64,000 bases of DNA from the sequence record MK327944.1; one strand, given 5' to 3'. The position numbers and the translations under genes were made by a program. The notes under the pieces were generated by a model that had not been told where the DNA came from, ran no database searches, and saw only the letters and a program-made list of their open reading frames with translations. The stretch is from Escherichia phage vB_EcoM_G2540-3. This document shows, piece by piece, positions 47,087 through 56,414 of the stretch. Every line of letters starts with the position of its first letter. The first letter of the stretch is position 1.

Positions 47087-47407
47087 TTATAGCGTAATCC
47101 ATTCTCGTACTGTCTGAGTTACTACACGTTCATGGGGCTCGACTAGTTCAACAGTCGGAACTGCATAATACCAGTCAGAATGATAAGAACCTGACCGAGA
47201 TTCATTTACAGCCACATGTACATTATGTTTTGGACTAAAGTAAACACACTGACGATATTGACATTTACCATCTTGCACCCAGTCTTCTATTTCGACAGGT
47301 TTAAGATAATCGGAAAAATCGAAATCATAGTTTTCCGAAAATGCATCATGGTCTTCAATGATTTCGCTCAGAACTGCATCAACATCTAATTTATTTTCAA
47401 TAGTCAT
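47087..47407 (-). CDS. hypothetical protein, 106 aa
   Basis: ORF only. Confidence 0.45.
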   Translation of the reverse strand: MTIENKLDVDAVLSEIIEDHDAFSENYDFDFSDYLKPVEIEDWVQDGKCQYRQCVYFSPKHNVHVAVNESRSGSYHSDWYYAVPTVELVEPHERVVTQTVREWITL

Positions 47408-47417
47408 TTTTCACCAA

Positions 47418-47627
47418 TTAATTTCGCAATTTATTAAGTTCTTCATCATCAATCCAGGATTCTAGTCCTGATGGCAGGTCACATTCAATTTCCCAAAGAA
47501 GTTCTTCAATTTTCTGAAGACGATCTAGTTCTTCGGCTGGAATAGTAACCATTGACGGAGCTCGTGATACATTAATATCGTAAATCATATTTACCCCAGT
47601 TTGACCATGCAATCGCCGTATTTCCAC
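47418..47627 (-). CDS. hypothetical protein, 69 aa
   Basis: ORF only. Confidence 0.45.
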   Translation of the reverse strand: MEIRRLHGQTGVNMIYDINVSRAPSMVTIPAEELDRLQKIEELLWEIECDLPSGLESWIDDEELNKLRN

Positions 47628-47806
47628 TTAGAAATAGACTTTTCGCCATTAGAATAATAAACTTCGAGTTTAGCACGATTATTTTTAATTTGAATAACCT
47701 TGGCTGTCATCAAAGTTCCATACCCATAATAAACTGCAACTTCATCACCTACATATACCGCGCTTCCGCGGTAATCATGAATATAGTCAGTTCCTTCGAG
47801 CATCAT
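47591..47806 (-). CDS. hypothetical protein, 71 aa
   Basis: ORF coupled to nrdC. Confidence 0.45.
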   Translation of the reverse strand: MMLEGTDYIHDYRGSAVYVGDEVAVYYGYGTLMTAKVIQIKNNRAKLEVYYSNGEKSISKWKYGDCMVKLG

Positions 47807-48066
47807 TTAAAATATTCTCGCAGTTGGTCAAATCCACCAATATGACTTCCATTAGGAGCAAATACCTGAGGCATTGTCAAGCCGATTTGAGTATCACGAC
47901 CTAGTTTAGTCAGAAGCTCAGCGATTTTCTCATCATCAAAAACACCTTTTTCCGGCATAATGTTGATAAATTCAAACGGCTGTTTCTTCACAGTCAAAAG
48001 ACGTTTTGCATTATCGCAATACACGCATTTATGAATGTTGCTATCATAACCATATACTTTAAACAT
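47803..48066 (-). CDS. nrdC: thioredoxin NrdC, 87 aa
   Basis: MFKVYGYDSNIHKCVYCDNAKRLL with CVYC redox motif; 87 aa. Confidence 0.85.
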   Translation of the reverse strand: MFKVYGYDSNIHKCVYCDNAKRLLTVKKQPFEFINIMPEKGVFDDEKIAELLTKLGRDTQIGLTMPQVFAPNGSHIGGFDQLREYFK

Positions 48067-48067
48067 A

Positions 48068-48310
48068 TTATTCCTTAATTCCTAGTACTTGTTTAAAAGT
48101 CTCGTCGTAATCAAGACTTTGGCCCGTTTGTTCTTTATGTTTGTATATAATATCACTTACTTCTGATAGCATATTTTTATATGAACGAGTTAAAGCTGAT
48201 TTAAGCACGCTGTATCTATCAGGAAATTTACCATGTTCATTATAATAAGCTATTGCTAATTCACGGACTGCCTTTTCAGCAGTCTCCATATATTCTTTAC
48301 GCTTTGTCAT
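48068..48310 (-). CDS. hypothetical protein, about 80 aa
   Basis: Start set to internal ATG 48310 to limit overlap with the upstream gene. Confidence 0.4.
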
Positions 48311-48611
48311 TTTCTTCTCGGTCAAATCGGTGTTTACAATGGCGACATTTATAACGAAGATTACTAGTCTGCCAATGGACCAATTGCACCTGTTCAGTTC
48401 CACATTCAGGGCAATTAGGAACGTTTTTAGAAGCACGTTCGCGGCGTTCAACCATGACCATTACAGAATCCCAATTAATAGGGCTGCTATAATCATCACA
48501 ACCATGAATCTTTCCACGCATTTCCAAATCGTCTTCTTCACCGGCCATAATAATTTTAATTAAACTGGAATTACTTGAAGCTGCAATGTCTTCTAATAGA
48601 CGCTTTTTCAT
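48297..48611 (-). CDS. zinc-ribbon protein, 104 aa
   Basis: CPECG...CRHCKH four-Cys ribbon near the C-terminus. Confidence 0.5.
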
Positions 48612-49540
48612 TTCAATATCTCAATAGCATTACGTAAACCATTTGCTTTTGCATTAAGAGCTTTTAACAATTTGGTGTGTTCTGCAATTTGGGCTTCAAC
48701 TTCAATCAAACGAGCATTGAGATATTCGCGTTCTTCACTCAGATTATCAACCTTTTCTACTTTAGGCTCTTTTACAACTGTCTTATATGTATTAGGGTTC
48801 TTCAGTTTAATTAGAATGCGTGAACTGTATAACATTGAACCATTATCTTCGGTTTCGTCATACATTTCCACTACGTCCATAATTTTTAACATCATGCGGA
48901 GTTTATAAGACAACGAACGAATAGTTTTGTTGTGCTTATTAATTTCTTTAGCTGTCATGGTGCCAAGATTACGTGAGTAATAATAAGGAACCTGGATATT
49001 AATTAATACTGATGAACCACCTGGCTTGTGTGTTACTTCATCAGCAATAACCCAGTCCTTAACATGAACTGTATTTGTACGGTCATCGCCCGCGGTAAAT
49101 AGTTTGCGAGCATGCTTAAAAAGCATATTCACTTGGTCATTGAATTGACAAGCAAATTTATCAGCAAATTTAGTTTCAGGAATGGTAGAAAACCAATCAG
49201 CCAAATGAGTCTTTTTAACATCATTAACAATAGTAAATTCAACCAAATCGGTTATAGATGTCTCAGATTTAATGAAGCTCGGCTTCATAAAGTTTTTAAT
49301 GTTCTCATGAGCTACAGTAGAAGATAACATACGAGAACGTTTAAACCATTCAAGCAAATTGCCTAACGAATGAGAATAAGCGTTTTGAGTATCTTTACAG
49401 ATATGATTTTCCTGACCAACATATTGAAGGAAATCACGAAGAATATTATTATTGATTACTGCCCTGTGTCCTATCTGATAATTACGATGTTTAGTAATAA
49501 GACTGTCAAAATAATCAATATAATGTTTACGAGTTTTCAT
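48608..49540 (-). CDS. hypothetical protein with C-terminal coiled coil, 310 aa
   Basis: Long ORF; C-terminal heptad-like region EEREYLNARLIEVEAQIAEHTKLLKAL. Confidence 0.55.
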   Translation of the reverse strand: MKTRKHYIDYFDSLITKHRNYQIGHRAVINNNILRDFLQYVGQENHICKDTQNAYSHSLGNLLEWFKRSRMLSSTVAHENIKNFMKPSFIKSETSITDLVEFTIVNDVKKTHLADWFSTIPETKFADKFACQFNDQVNMLFKHARKLFTAGDDRTNTVHVKDWVIADEVTHKPGGSSVLINIQVPYYYSRNLGTMTAKEINKHNKTIRSLSYKLRMMLKIMDVVEMYDETEDNGSMLYSSRILIKLKNPNTYKTVVKEPKVEKVDNLSEEREYLNARLIEVEAQIAEHTKLLKALNAKANGLRNAIEILK

Positions 49541-49548
49541 GGTGTTCC

Positions 49549-50460
49549 TTAAGATTTAAGTAAATCAACAATTTTAATTAACTTTTCACGCTCAGATTTA
49601 GCTTTACTACTCAGTCCAGATAGTCTGAAAATTTCATCATCATATTGTTGAATAGAAATATTCAGCTCTTCAATCTGTTTATTAAAATAATCAATTTGTT
49701 CAGAATGTTTTTCGTTACTACGAACTGATACAGGTTTTGTAGGCAATTTAGTTGAACTAGATTCATCCGGGCGATAAATTAAAATACAACTTGAACCAAT
49801 TGGACATTTTGCACCAGATGAATATTCTAATGTTCCGGCTTCTTTTAAAACTTCAAAAGCTAAACAGAGATGATGCCCCATATTAACATAATCAGTAGAG
49901 CGAGCTCTGATGTAATAATCATCTCCGCGAATACTAAATTTAAAGCATTTAAGGTCTTCTGTATTATTGGTCTTAAAAATCATTTGTTTATTTAGACCTT
50001 TAGCTAATCGAGCGCCTAATGCTAATAATCGTCGTTGATTTTCCCACAAATCTGCGATCATTTGGTCAAATGATAATTTCGGCATTAGTCGACCATAAAG
50101 GTCATATCCTTTATTATAATTACGAAGGATTTCACTCGCATTAATACGAGACAATGCTCCAATTTTATTAAGGGCTTTCATAATGCGATTAGATAAACTC
50201 ATTCCAGATCCGTTTGTTCGCTGCAAATGTTTTTCTAATCCAAATCCAATATCAACTTTAAACTTATCTAAAATTTCTGCATGAACATCTCTGTCAATAA
50301 CATTCAAATCCAAAGTTGAGTTAAATCTATGAAAAAATTTATCTGGCTCTGCACTGCGAAATACAGTCCATTCATTCATCATTTTTTTATTAACTAAAGA
50401 TTTAATTACTGCATTGACATTATTAATTACTACTGACATATTTTCCTCACTCAATTTCAA
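49549..50460 (-). CDS. hypothetical protein with C-terminal coiled coil, 303 aa
   Basis: Long ORF; C-terminal coiled-coil-like region. Confidence 0.55.
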   Translation of the reverse strand: MKLSEENMSVVINNVNAVIKSLVNKKMMNEWTVFRSAEPDKFFHRFNSTLDLNVIDRDVHAEILDKFKVDIGFGLEKHLQRTNGSGMSLSNRIMKALNKIGALSRINASEILRNYNKGYDLYGRLMPKLSFDQMIADLWENQRRLLALGARLAKGLNKQMIFKTNNTEDLKCFKFSIRGDDYYIRARSTDYVNMGHHLCLAFEVLKEAGTLEYSSGAKCPIGSSCILIYRPDESSSTKLPTKPVSVRSNEKHSEQIDYFNKQIEELNISIQQYDDEIFRLSGLSSKAKSEREKLIKIVDLLKS

Positions 50461-50854
50461 TTTTACTAAATATACAGAATAAGATGGAACAGACTATATA
50501 AGCACCACACACAGATTGAACTAATACCATTCCAAAGAACCAAATAATATTATCAAACAGTGTCTGTTTTACGTCGAAAGGACGTAAACTTACAGTAATA
50601 TTATCACCTTTTTCTATTGAAGAATACATCTCTGGGGAAATATATTCACTAAATCTATAACCGTCTTTGAGTTCATATACGGCAATAAACGATAAACTAG
50701 ACCCCTTTCCTTGAGTTCCTGCAAGGGTATTAACTACAGTAACATCATAATCTTTATAATGCATATAATCATTAATAGCATAATAACCATATGCAATTAC
50801 TATACATAAACAACATATCAATAAATTCAATCTTTTAATTATCAACTGTTTCAT
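50447..50854 (-). CDS. membrane protein, 135 aa
   Basis: N-terminal and C-terminal hydrophobic helices. Confidence 0.5.
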   Translation of the reverse strand: MKQLIIKRLNLLICCLCIVIAYGYYAINDYMHYKDYDVTVVNTLAGTQGKGSSLSFIAVYELKDGYRFSEYISPEMYSSIEKGDNITVSLRPFDVKQTLFDNIIWFFGMVLVQSVCGAYIVCSILFCIFSKIEIE

Positions 50855-50909
50855 AATAATCTCAATTAAAAGGGCTTAGAACCATTATACCATCCTTGGT
50901 ATAAAGCAG

Positions 50910-51437
50910 TTATGCGAGTACCGTCTTTAACCGTTCTTCAAACTTCCGAAGAGTATTCTGGCGTTCAGCTCTTTGCTTTTTGTAAGTTTCAATACGTTCT
51001 GAAATGAGAGTGTATCGTTCATTTACTGATTCTTTCATAAAATCAGGAATTTCACGAGAAGCTTTAATCTCGTCAAATTTATCAATAACAGCTTGCTCTT
51101 CAGCAATTAAGTTATCATACATCAAAATATCTTTCTTGATGAACTCAATATCTTCTTGAGTTACACGAGATAATTTAGATGCTTTATCCTTTTTGTACTG
51201 TTCGTTAGTATCACGAGACCAGTGTAATGTACGATTTTTATTCGTATTCTTGTAAATTTCTACAATACCAATCTCATCAATAATAACGATCCAATTCCAA
51301 CGAGATTTGTAAATTTGCCCTCCGTCAACCGTGATTTCACCTCCGATTGAGATGTCATTAAAGAACTTGCTTTGTGCTTCAGATTTAAATTTACCATCGT
51401 TGTAATTTACCGGGTTGAAAATATCTTTAGCGTTCAT
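50910..51437 (-). CDS. hypothetical protein, 175 aa
   Basis: RBS GGAGG; early promoter at 51465..51494. Confidence 0.55.
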   Translation of the reverse strand: MNAKDIFNPVNYNDGKFKSEAQSKFFNDISIGGEITVDGGQIYKSRWNWIVIIDEIGIVEIYKNTNKNRTLHWSRDTNEQYKKDKASKLSRVTQEDIEFIKKDILMYDNLIAEEQAVIDKFDEIKASREIPDFMKESVNERYTLISERIETYKKQRAERQNTLRKFEERLKTVLA

Positions 51438-51464
51438 TTGTGTTCCTCCGTAGTTGATAGTTGT

Positions 51465-51494
51465 ATAGTACCACAGAGGAACAGTCTTGTAAAC
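51465..51494 (-). promoter_or_regulatory. T4-type early promoter
   Basis: Minus strand GTTTAC, 18 nt, TACTAT, followed by ACAACTATCAACT. Confidence 0.6.
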
Positions 51495-51496
51495 AA

Positions 51497-51811
51497 CTAA
51501 AAGAAACTTCTTTCACAATTTTTTCCACTGAACCAAGCGCTCACTGCTTTCTTAGTCTCAGGAGCAGTGTTATCCATAAACCATTCAAAGGCAGCCTTTT
51601 TATGATTCTGGAGGGCTTCTCGGGCTTTAATCTGCTCACGGTCTATTAACACTAACATATGAGCCTTTCTTGTCACCAAGGGCTTCTTATGATTCTTGGA
51701 GTATTCCCAGTCATTTGTCCAACGCATTGTCGTTGCGAACTGATGAATCGCGTCTTTAATTTTAGTTTCATAAATTTCACGAGCCTTTGAGTATAACATC
51801 ACTACCTCCAT
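51497..51811 (-). CDS. hypothetical protein, 104 aa
   Basis: ORF only. Confidence 0.45.
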   Translation of the reverse strand: MEVVMLYSKAREIYETKIKDAIHQFATTMRWTNDWEYSKNHKKPLVTRKAHMLVLIDREQIKAREALQNHKKAAFEWFMDNTAPETKKAVSAWFSGKNCERSFF

Positions 51812-51900
51812 TTACCAGTTTAATTCTAATCATCTTTTTGATGGCAGTCCATATAATCTATTTCTGAACTGCCTTTTTGTCATAGAAGTCCTCTTATGAA

Positions 51901-52869
51901 TTATTTCAGAAGAGTAACCTCAGCAATTTCTTCCCAACCGTTTTTGTCGGTCATAATAAAGTCAGCAAGATAAAGAGCAGTACGCAGTGAAACATTGCGT
52001 AAACGATTAACATTAACTTTCATCCATGATAATGCTTTATAAGTTTCTTCATCAGAAAGACCGCGCTTTTGCATCATGTCAGTTGAAAGAATAACATCTT
52101 CAACCCTGACCATAATTTCTTCATTAGTGTGAACACCCAAATCCAAATAAACCGAGCGGGACACTAATGCTTGTAAATGTGGAGCAAGTTTAGTACCACG
52201 GTCTAATTCGCGGTCAATGTCAACGTTTGTGATAAAAACAATCGTTCCTTTAAATTCAAACTCACGCTCAATGCCTTTTTCTTCTAAGTAAGAAGACGCA
52301 GTGCTCCAGCAGACTTTACGGGTCTCTCCGGTGTCCAGAGCAGCTTTCAGAAGATTAAGAATGTCCATATCAGAGAAAACATCCACATCATCAATCAAAA
52401 GGACAGAATTCTCTTCACGATTATTCCAAAGCTGTTCATAAAGACCAATACCAGAGATTTTACCATTAATGCTTTTATATTCAATGTATCCAATATCATT
52501 TGCTTTATTTAAAGCTTTATCTAAAGAATACGTTTTACCAATGCCTGCCGCACCAGAGATAATTAATGAACGAATGTTTCCGTTAATAATACCATTCGTC
52601 ATCATTCCCATAACATTAAATCTTTTATTAATGCGGGTTTTCATATCTTCATACGATTCTTTAACTTCTTCAACTTTTACACCATCATATGAAATGTCTG
52701 ATTTGTAAACCCAAACACCGCGACGTTTACCGTCAATTTCAACAAAAACTTTACCATCTCCTTGTGCATCTACTGGAGCATTATCTGGGAACCATTCGCC
52801 TAAGAGCTCAAAAGTTCCAGAGATTTCTTTACCGAAGTAGATACCCTTATTGATAGTTACAGTTTTCAT
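51901..52869 (-). CDS. P-loop (AAA-like) ATPase, 322 aa
   Basis: Walker A GAAGIGKT and Walker B LLIDDVD; start trimmed to ATG 52869 after RBS GGAG. Confidence 0.6.
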   Translation of the reverse strand: MKTVTINKGIYFGKEISGTFELLGEWFPDNAPVDAQGDGKVFVEIDGKRRGVWVYKSDISYDGVKVEEVKESYEDMKTRINKRFNVMGMMTNGIINGNIRSLIISGAAGIGKTYSLDKALNKANDIGYIEYKSINGKISGIGLYEQLWNNREENSVLLIDDVDVFSDMDILNLLKAALDTGETRKVCWSTASSYLEEKGIEREFEFKGTIVFITNVDIDRELDRGTKLAPHLQALVSRSVYLDLGVHTNEEIMVRVEDVILSTDMMQKRGLSDEETYKALSWMKVNVNRLRNVSLRTALYLADFIMTDKNGWEEIAEVTLLK

Positions 52870-52903
52870 TTTATTCTCCAAATCCGTATCAGTTGATAGT
52901 TGT

Positions 52904-52933
52904 ATAGTACCATAAAGCTTTATGCTTGTAAAC
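52904..52933 (-). promoter_or_regulatory. T4-type early promoter with conserved leader module
   Basis: Minus strand GTTTAC, 18 nt, TACTAT, followed by ACAACTATCAACTGATACGGATTTGGAGAATAAA-ATG. Confidence 0.6.
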
Positions 52934-52956
52934 AATTTTGTGAAAAAATTTTTGAA

Positions 52957-52984
52957 ATAAAAAAAAGGGAGCCCGAAGGCTCCC
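52957..52984 (-). terminator. intrinsic terminator after 52987..53997
   Basis: Minus RNA GGGAGCC-UUCG-GGCUCCC followed by UUUUUUUUAUUU. Confidence 0.8.
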
Positions 52985-52986
52985 TA

Positions 52987-53997
52987 TCATTTATAATAAC
53001 TTCGGTGGTTTTCAAGATAAACCTGTTCGAGGAAATTATTCCAAAAGCTCATATCTACTGTTTTAGGCATACCATTCTTAGAAGCTTCAGTAGATGCTGC
53101 TTCTACTTGATCGACCACATCTTCCAAAAACTCTTGAACTGTTTTAAATGGATGTTTACCCAACTTCACGTCGAGAATAAATGGAGCATCTTGGAGTGGA
53201 TAAACCAAGTCACCAGTTTTGTAAATTTCCAATAGTTGAAGTCCACCACGACAAGCATGACTCAGAGCTTTCCAGTCAATACCTTCATTGGCTTCGGCCT
53301 TACGAGCACGTTCACCATATTCAGCATCTAATTTGTTCAGTGACTGCTTAAGCTCAATAAGAGAAAGAGTTGTCTGATATTTACGACCCAACACTGTGTA
53401 AAACGTTTGTGGGCCTGTTTTCTCATGATTATGGAACACCCATTCACAGAATTCGTTTTCTGGAAGACGATGCTTAATATCTTCAACTTTAGTACGACGC
53501 TGCTTAATGGAACCGTCTTCTTGGTAATCAACCCATTGCTCAGGGATTTGATTAACTACTTTCAATACATCGCGTAATGCAGCCAAACGAGAACCCTTGA
53601 CACCATATTTAGAAGCTTGCTTGCGGACATATCCTAAATAGGATTTCATGTTAGTCGTATAAAAACGAGAACGGTTGTCTTGAATAAACTTCCACACATC
53701 AGGCAAATCAGATTTAACCACTAGTTCAGGTGGAGTGTGAAGCATATCCAATGCTACAGTTTCACCATCTACTGCTAATTTAAAGAAATATTTAAGACTG
53801 TATAGTTCATGGTCAATATCATCTTTAGTGTTTTTAGATGATGTGTTGTTGGTATTTTTACTCATATGCTCTTTAACATTTCCGATAAGAATATCACGAG
53901 CAGGAGGAACAAAGATTTCTTTAAAATCTACATCAGATTCTGGGGTAGAAGTTCCATAAAGATGACTACCAAAATAAGACTTAACTACAGTTTTCAT
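52987..53997 (-). CDS. Pol-beta-superfamily nucleotidyltransferase-fold protein, about 336 aa
   Basis: GS...DVD motif (SYFGSHLYGTSTPESDVDF) typical of minimal nucleotidyltransferases; start set at ATG 53997. Confidence 0.55.
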   Translation of the reverse strand: MKTVVKSYFGSHLYGTSTPESDVDFKEIFVPPARDILIGNVKEHMSKNTNNTSSKNTKDDIDHELYSLKYFFKLAVDGETVALDMLHTPPELVVKSDLPDVWKFIQDNRSRFYTTNMKSYLGYVRKQASKYGVKGSRLAALRDVLKVVNQIPEQWVDYQEDGSIKQRRTKVEDIKHRLPENEFCEWVFHNHEKTGPQTFYTVLGRKYQTTLSLIELKQSLNKLDAEYGERARKAEANEGIDWKALSHACRGGLQLLEIYKTGDLVYPLQDAPFILDVKLGKHPFKTVQEFLEDVVDQVEAASTEASKNGMPKTVDMSFWNNFLEQVYLENHRSYYK

Positions 53998-54760
53998 TAT
54001 TAGACCTTTCATAATCTTCATTAAATTGTACAATCAATCGATGATAATTAGATTTTGGATATCCTAATTTACTTATATAAGTTCCGAATGACCCACGTTT
54101 AGGTCTATTTAATTTAATCCATAACTTATAAAGTAAGTCATAGTCTTGCCAATGTTTACCAGTTCTTTGTCTAATTTTAGATGAATTTGATTGTTTCTTT
54201 TTAGTTTCAAAATTATTCAAAGATTTTTTGACTGCAGCAGAGTGTTTTTCTTTAACTCCCGGTCGTTTAAAAGCAGCTTTCACCCCTTTAGATATTTTTT
54301 CTTTAACTTCCGGTTTGTTTTGTGCTTCTAACTGGGATTCTGAAATTTTAGCCCTTATTTCAGGAAGACTTAATGTTATCGAACGTTTTTCTCTGTATTC
54401 ATTAGACTTCCACATTTCTTTCATTGTATTAGAATGTATTTTTGAAAATTTTTCTCTAACTAACTGATATCCTCTTGAAGTTAATTTGAGATTTCTTCCT
54501 AAAGAATCTTCTCCAAAATTATAAAATGACCACCATGCATAAATTAATCCAGGCGAATTATAATGAATTTTAGCTAAAAGCCAATGGGCTATAAAATGCT
54601 CTCTAGCTGTTAATAAAACTAGATTATCAGAATCATCATTACCACCAATACAAGATGGAATAATATGATGCTTTTCCGTATAAAAATTTAATTTAGATTT
54701 ATCTAATTTTCTGAGTTTTCCTTTCTTAATTAAATTATTATATACTTTAGTATAATTCAT
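53981..54760 (-). CDS. HNH (Mob-type) homing endonuclease, 259 aa
   Basis: HHIIPSCIGGNDDSDNLVLLTAREHFIAH motif; C-terminal LLYKLWIKLNRPKRGSFGTYISKLGYP module. Confidence 0.8.
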   Translation of the reverse strand: MNYTKVYNNLIKKGKLRKLDKSKLNFYTEKHHIIPSCIGGNDDSDNLVLLTAREHFIAHWLLAKIHYNSPGLIYAWWSFYNFGEDSLGRNLKLTSRGYQLVREKFSKIHSNTMKEMWKSNEYREKRSITLSLPEIRAKISESQLEAQNKPEVKEKISKGVKAAFKRPGVKEKHSAAVKKSLNNFETKKKQSNSSKIRQRTGKHWQDYDLLYKLWIKLNRPKRGSFGTYISKLGYPKSNYHRLIVQFNEDYERSNNENCS

Positions 54761-54834
54761 TGGTTCTTCGTCTCATTTAATTTTGCTTTGCATTTATAAC
54801 ACATGTCTGTTCCACTTGAAATAAACATATTTCC

Positions 54835-55401
54835 TCACTTTGAAATCATAGTTGGAATGACAGAATCAAGATAAGTCTTTAGCGCAATAGCTTCGTCTTT
54901 TGTAAATGTAACAATATGTGCTCGAAAATCGTCAATTTGGCGAATAGTTAAGACATCTCCTTCTTCATAACATTTTGATACATTTAAAACAGTTTCATCA
55001 TTCTGATCGCACTGATCGCAAGCGTTAGTAATAATAGCATTGCAATTTTTGAGCCATTTTAAACTATGTTTTCTTTCATTAGAATAATAAAAATATTTAA
55101 TCTTAGCTATAAAACTATCCCAATGGATAACTGATAAACACATTGACTCACTTTTAATATTAAATCCTGGGCATGAAGAATAAAAATGAATTTTGTGCTC
55201 ATCATTGATGCTTACTATTTTATCAGTATAAGGATATTCAATTTGGATTAAATGAACGATTTCACTAGGCGTAAAATATAGCATATCGTCTTCTTGCGTC
55301 AAACGATACATGTTATTTACTTTTTCTATAGCCAATTCACCAAAAAGCGGACTAACTTCTAATACTAATCGTTTCATATTGATTCTCTTCGACTCACTCA
55401 C
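54835..55401 (-). CDS. hypothetical protein, 188 aa, GTG start
   Basis: RBS AAGGAG 10 nt upstream of GTG; Cys-containing C-terminal half. Confidence 0.5.
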   Translation of the reverse strand: MSESKRINMKRLVLEVSPLFGELAIEKVNNMYRLTQEDDMLYFTPSEIVHLIQIEYPYTDKIVSINDEHKIHFYSSCPGFNIKSESMCLSVIHWDSFIAKIKYFYYSNERKHSLKWLKNCNAIITNACDQCDQNDETVLNVSKCYEEGDVLTIRQIDDFRAHIVTFTKDEAIALKTYLDSVIPTMISK

Positions 55402-55536
55402 AATTACATACTCCTTTGAATAATATCAATAATGTTGTTCACCAGATTATAAGTAAACATTGGGTAATTATATTGAATCATCACATACACAACAAACAAA
55501 ACTTTCATTCTCTTCTCCTTGACCGTTGACAAGATT

Positions 55537-55566
55537 ACTATACCATAACCTTGTCAACTTGTAAAC
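55537..55566 (-). promoter_or_regulatory. T4-type early promoter with -10 inside a 9-bp inverted repeat
   Basis: Minus strand GTTTAC, 18 nt, TATAGT; arms GTTGACAAG and CTTGTCAAC. Confidence 0.6.
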
Positions 55567-55568
55567 CA

Positions 55569-55742
55569 TTAAATGACGTTTTCAATAAAATTCTGAAGCT
55601 TTGTGTGAGCATCAACCATAATTTTCATTTCTTCCTTTGCGAAAGCTGTACCTCTTTCCCGAGCAGAATACTCATAGTCAGAAACTGCATTAGCATATTC
55701 TTCAATTAGCTTCATTAAAAACATTTGCTTTTCAGTTTTCAT
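55569..55742 (-). CDS. hypothetical small helical protein, 57 aa (below ORF-track cutoff)
   Basis: RBS AGGTGG 5 nt before ATG; first member of an array of four small genes. Confidence 0.45.
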   Translation of the reverse strand: MKTEKQMFLMKLIEEYANAVSDYEYSARERGTAFAKEEMKIMVDAHTKLQNFIENVI

Positions 55743-55926
55743 TATTCCACCTAATCATTTCAAGATATTGAACTAACTTAGCTTTGGATTTATCCAAATC
55801 CTTTTTAGCTGCTTCTATACCGTCGTATGAATATCCTTCACAGTGCTCAACTGCCAATTGATATGAATCTATTTCAATATCACGTGCTAATTTAATGATT
55901 TTTTCAAACTGTTCACGTGTTAGCAT
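55732..55926 (-). CDS. hypothetical small helical protein, about 64 aa
   Basis: Start trimmed to MLTREQFEKIIKLARDIE; resembles the next gene upstream. Confidence 0.45.
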   Translation of the reverse strand: MLTREQFEKIIKLARDIEIDSYQLAVEHCEGYSYDGIEAAKKDLDKSKAKLVQYLEMIRWNNEN

Positions 55927-55927
55927 A

Positions 55928-56131
55928 CTAAACTCTCGTATTATGATCAATAATTTCATCAAGAAACATATCTAACGCTTCTAAAGCATTATCAACTTTA
56001 GCTTCAAATTTTTCAATACCTTTATTTGCAATGCCTGCCGAAAACCAAGCAAAGTCACTAAGTTCCTCATCTGCTTTGCGAATTAAAGCTACCAATTCTT
56101 TAATTTTATCTGCTTGTTCAATTCTAGTCAT
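55928..56131 (-). CDS. hypothetical small helical protein, about 67 aa
   Basis: Start trimmed to [19 protein letters not shown] with RBS GGTGG; resembles its neighbour. Confidence 0.45.
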   Translation of the reverse strand: MTRIEQADKIKELVALIRKADEELSDFAWFSAGIANKGIEKFEAKVDNALEALDMFLDEIIDHNTRV

Positions 56132-56319
56132 TATTCCACCACATATGAAAGAGAGAATATTGCACACGCCATATGAGTTGCAGCTTCATCACACATATCA
56201 TAACGTTTCTTAAGAAGTTCTACAAGTTCTTCACTAGTAACTTCATCCATGTCGACGAAAAAATCACCATTAATGATGACGTAGATATTTCCTTCTTGAT
56301 TGAGTGCTTCAATTTTCAT
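56131..56319 (-). CDS. hypothetical small acidic protein, about 62 aa
   Basis: Start trimmed to [10 protein letters not shown] with RBS GAGGAG; early promoter at 56348..56377. Confidence 0.45.
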   Translation of the reverse strand: MKIEALNQEGNIYVIINGDFFVDMDEVTSEELVELLKKRYDMCDEAATHMACAIFSLSYVVE

Positions 56320-56347
56320 GATGTTCTCCTCTTTATCCGATAGTTGT

Positions 56348-56377
56348 ATAGTACCACAGCTCAAACGGAAAGTAAAC
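56348..56377 (-). promoter_or_regulatory. T4-type early promoter
   Basis: Minus strand GTTTAC, 18 nt, TACTAT, followed by ACAACTATC. Confidence 0.6.
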
Positions 56378-56381
56378 CGGC

Positions 56382-56410
56382 AAAATGAAAAAAGTCTCCC
56401 GAAGGAGACT
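56382..56410 (-). terminator. intrinsic terminator after 56415..56801
   Basis: Minus RNA AGUCUCC-UUCG-GGAGACU followed by UUUUUUCAUUUU. Confidence 0.8.
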
Positions 56411-56414
56411 AATG

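Noticed and set aside
48608-50460. Two adjacent proteins of about 300 aa as possible paralogues
   Set aside because: Apart from both ending in coiled-coil-like segments, I could not see convincing sequence similarity by eye.
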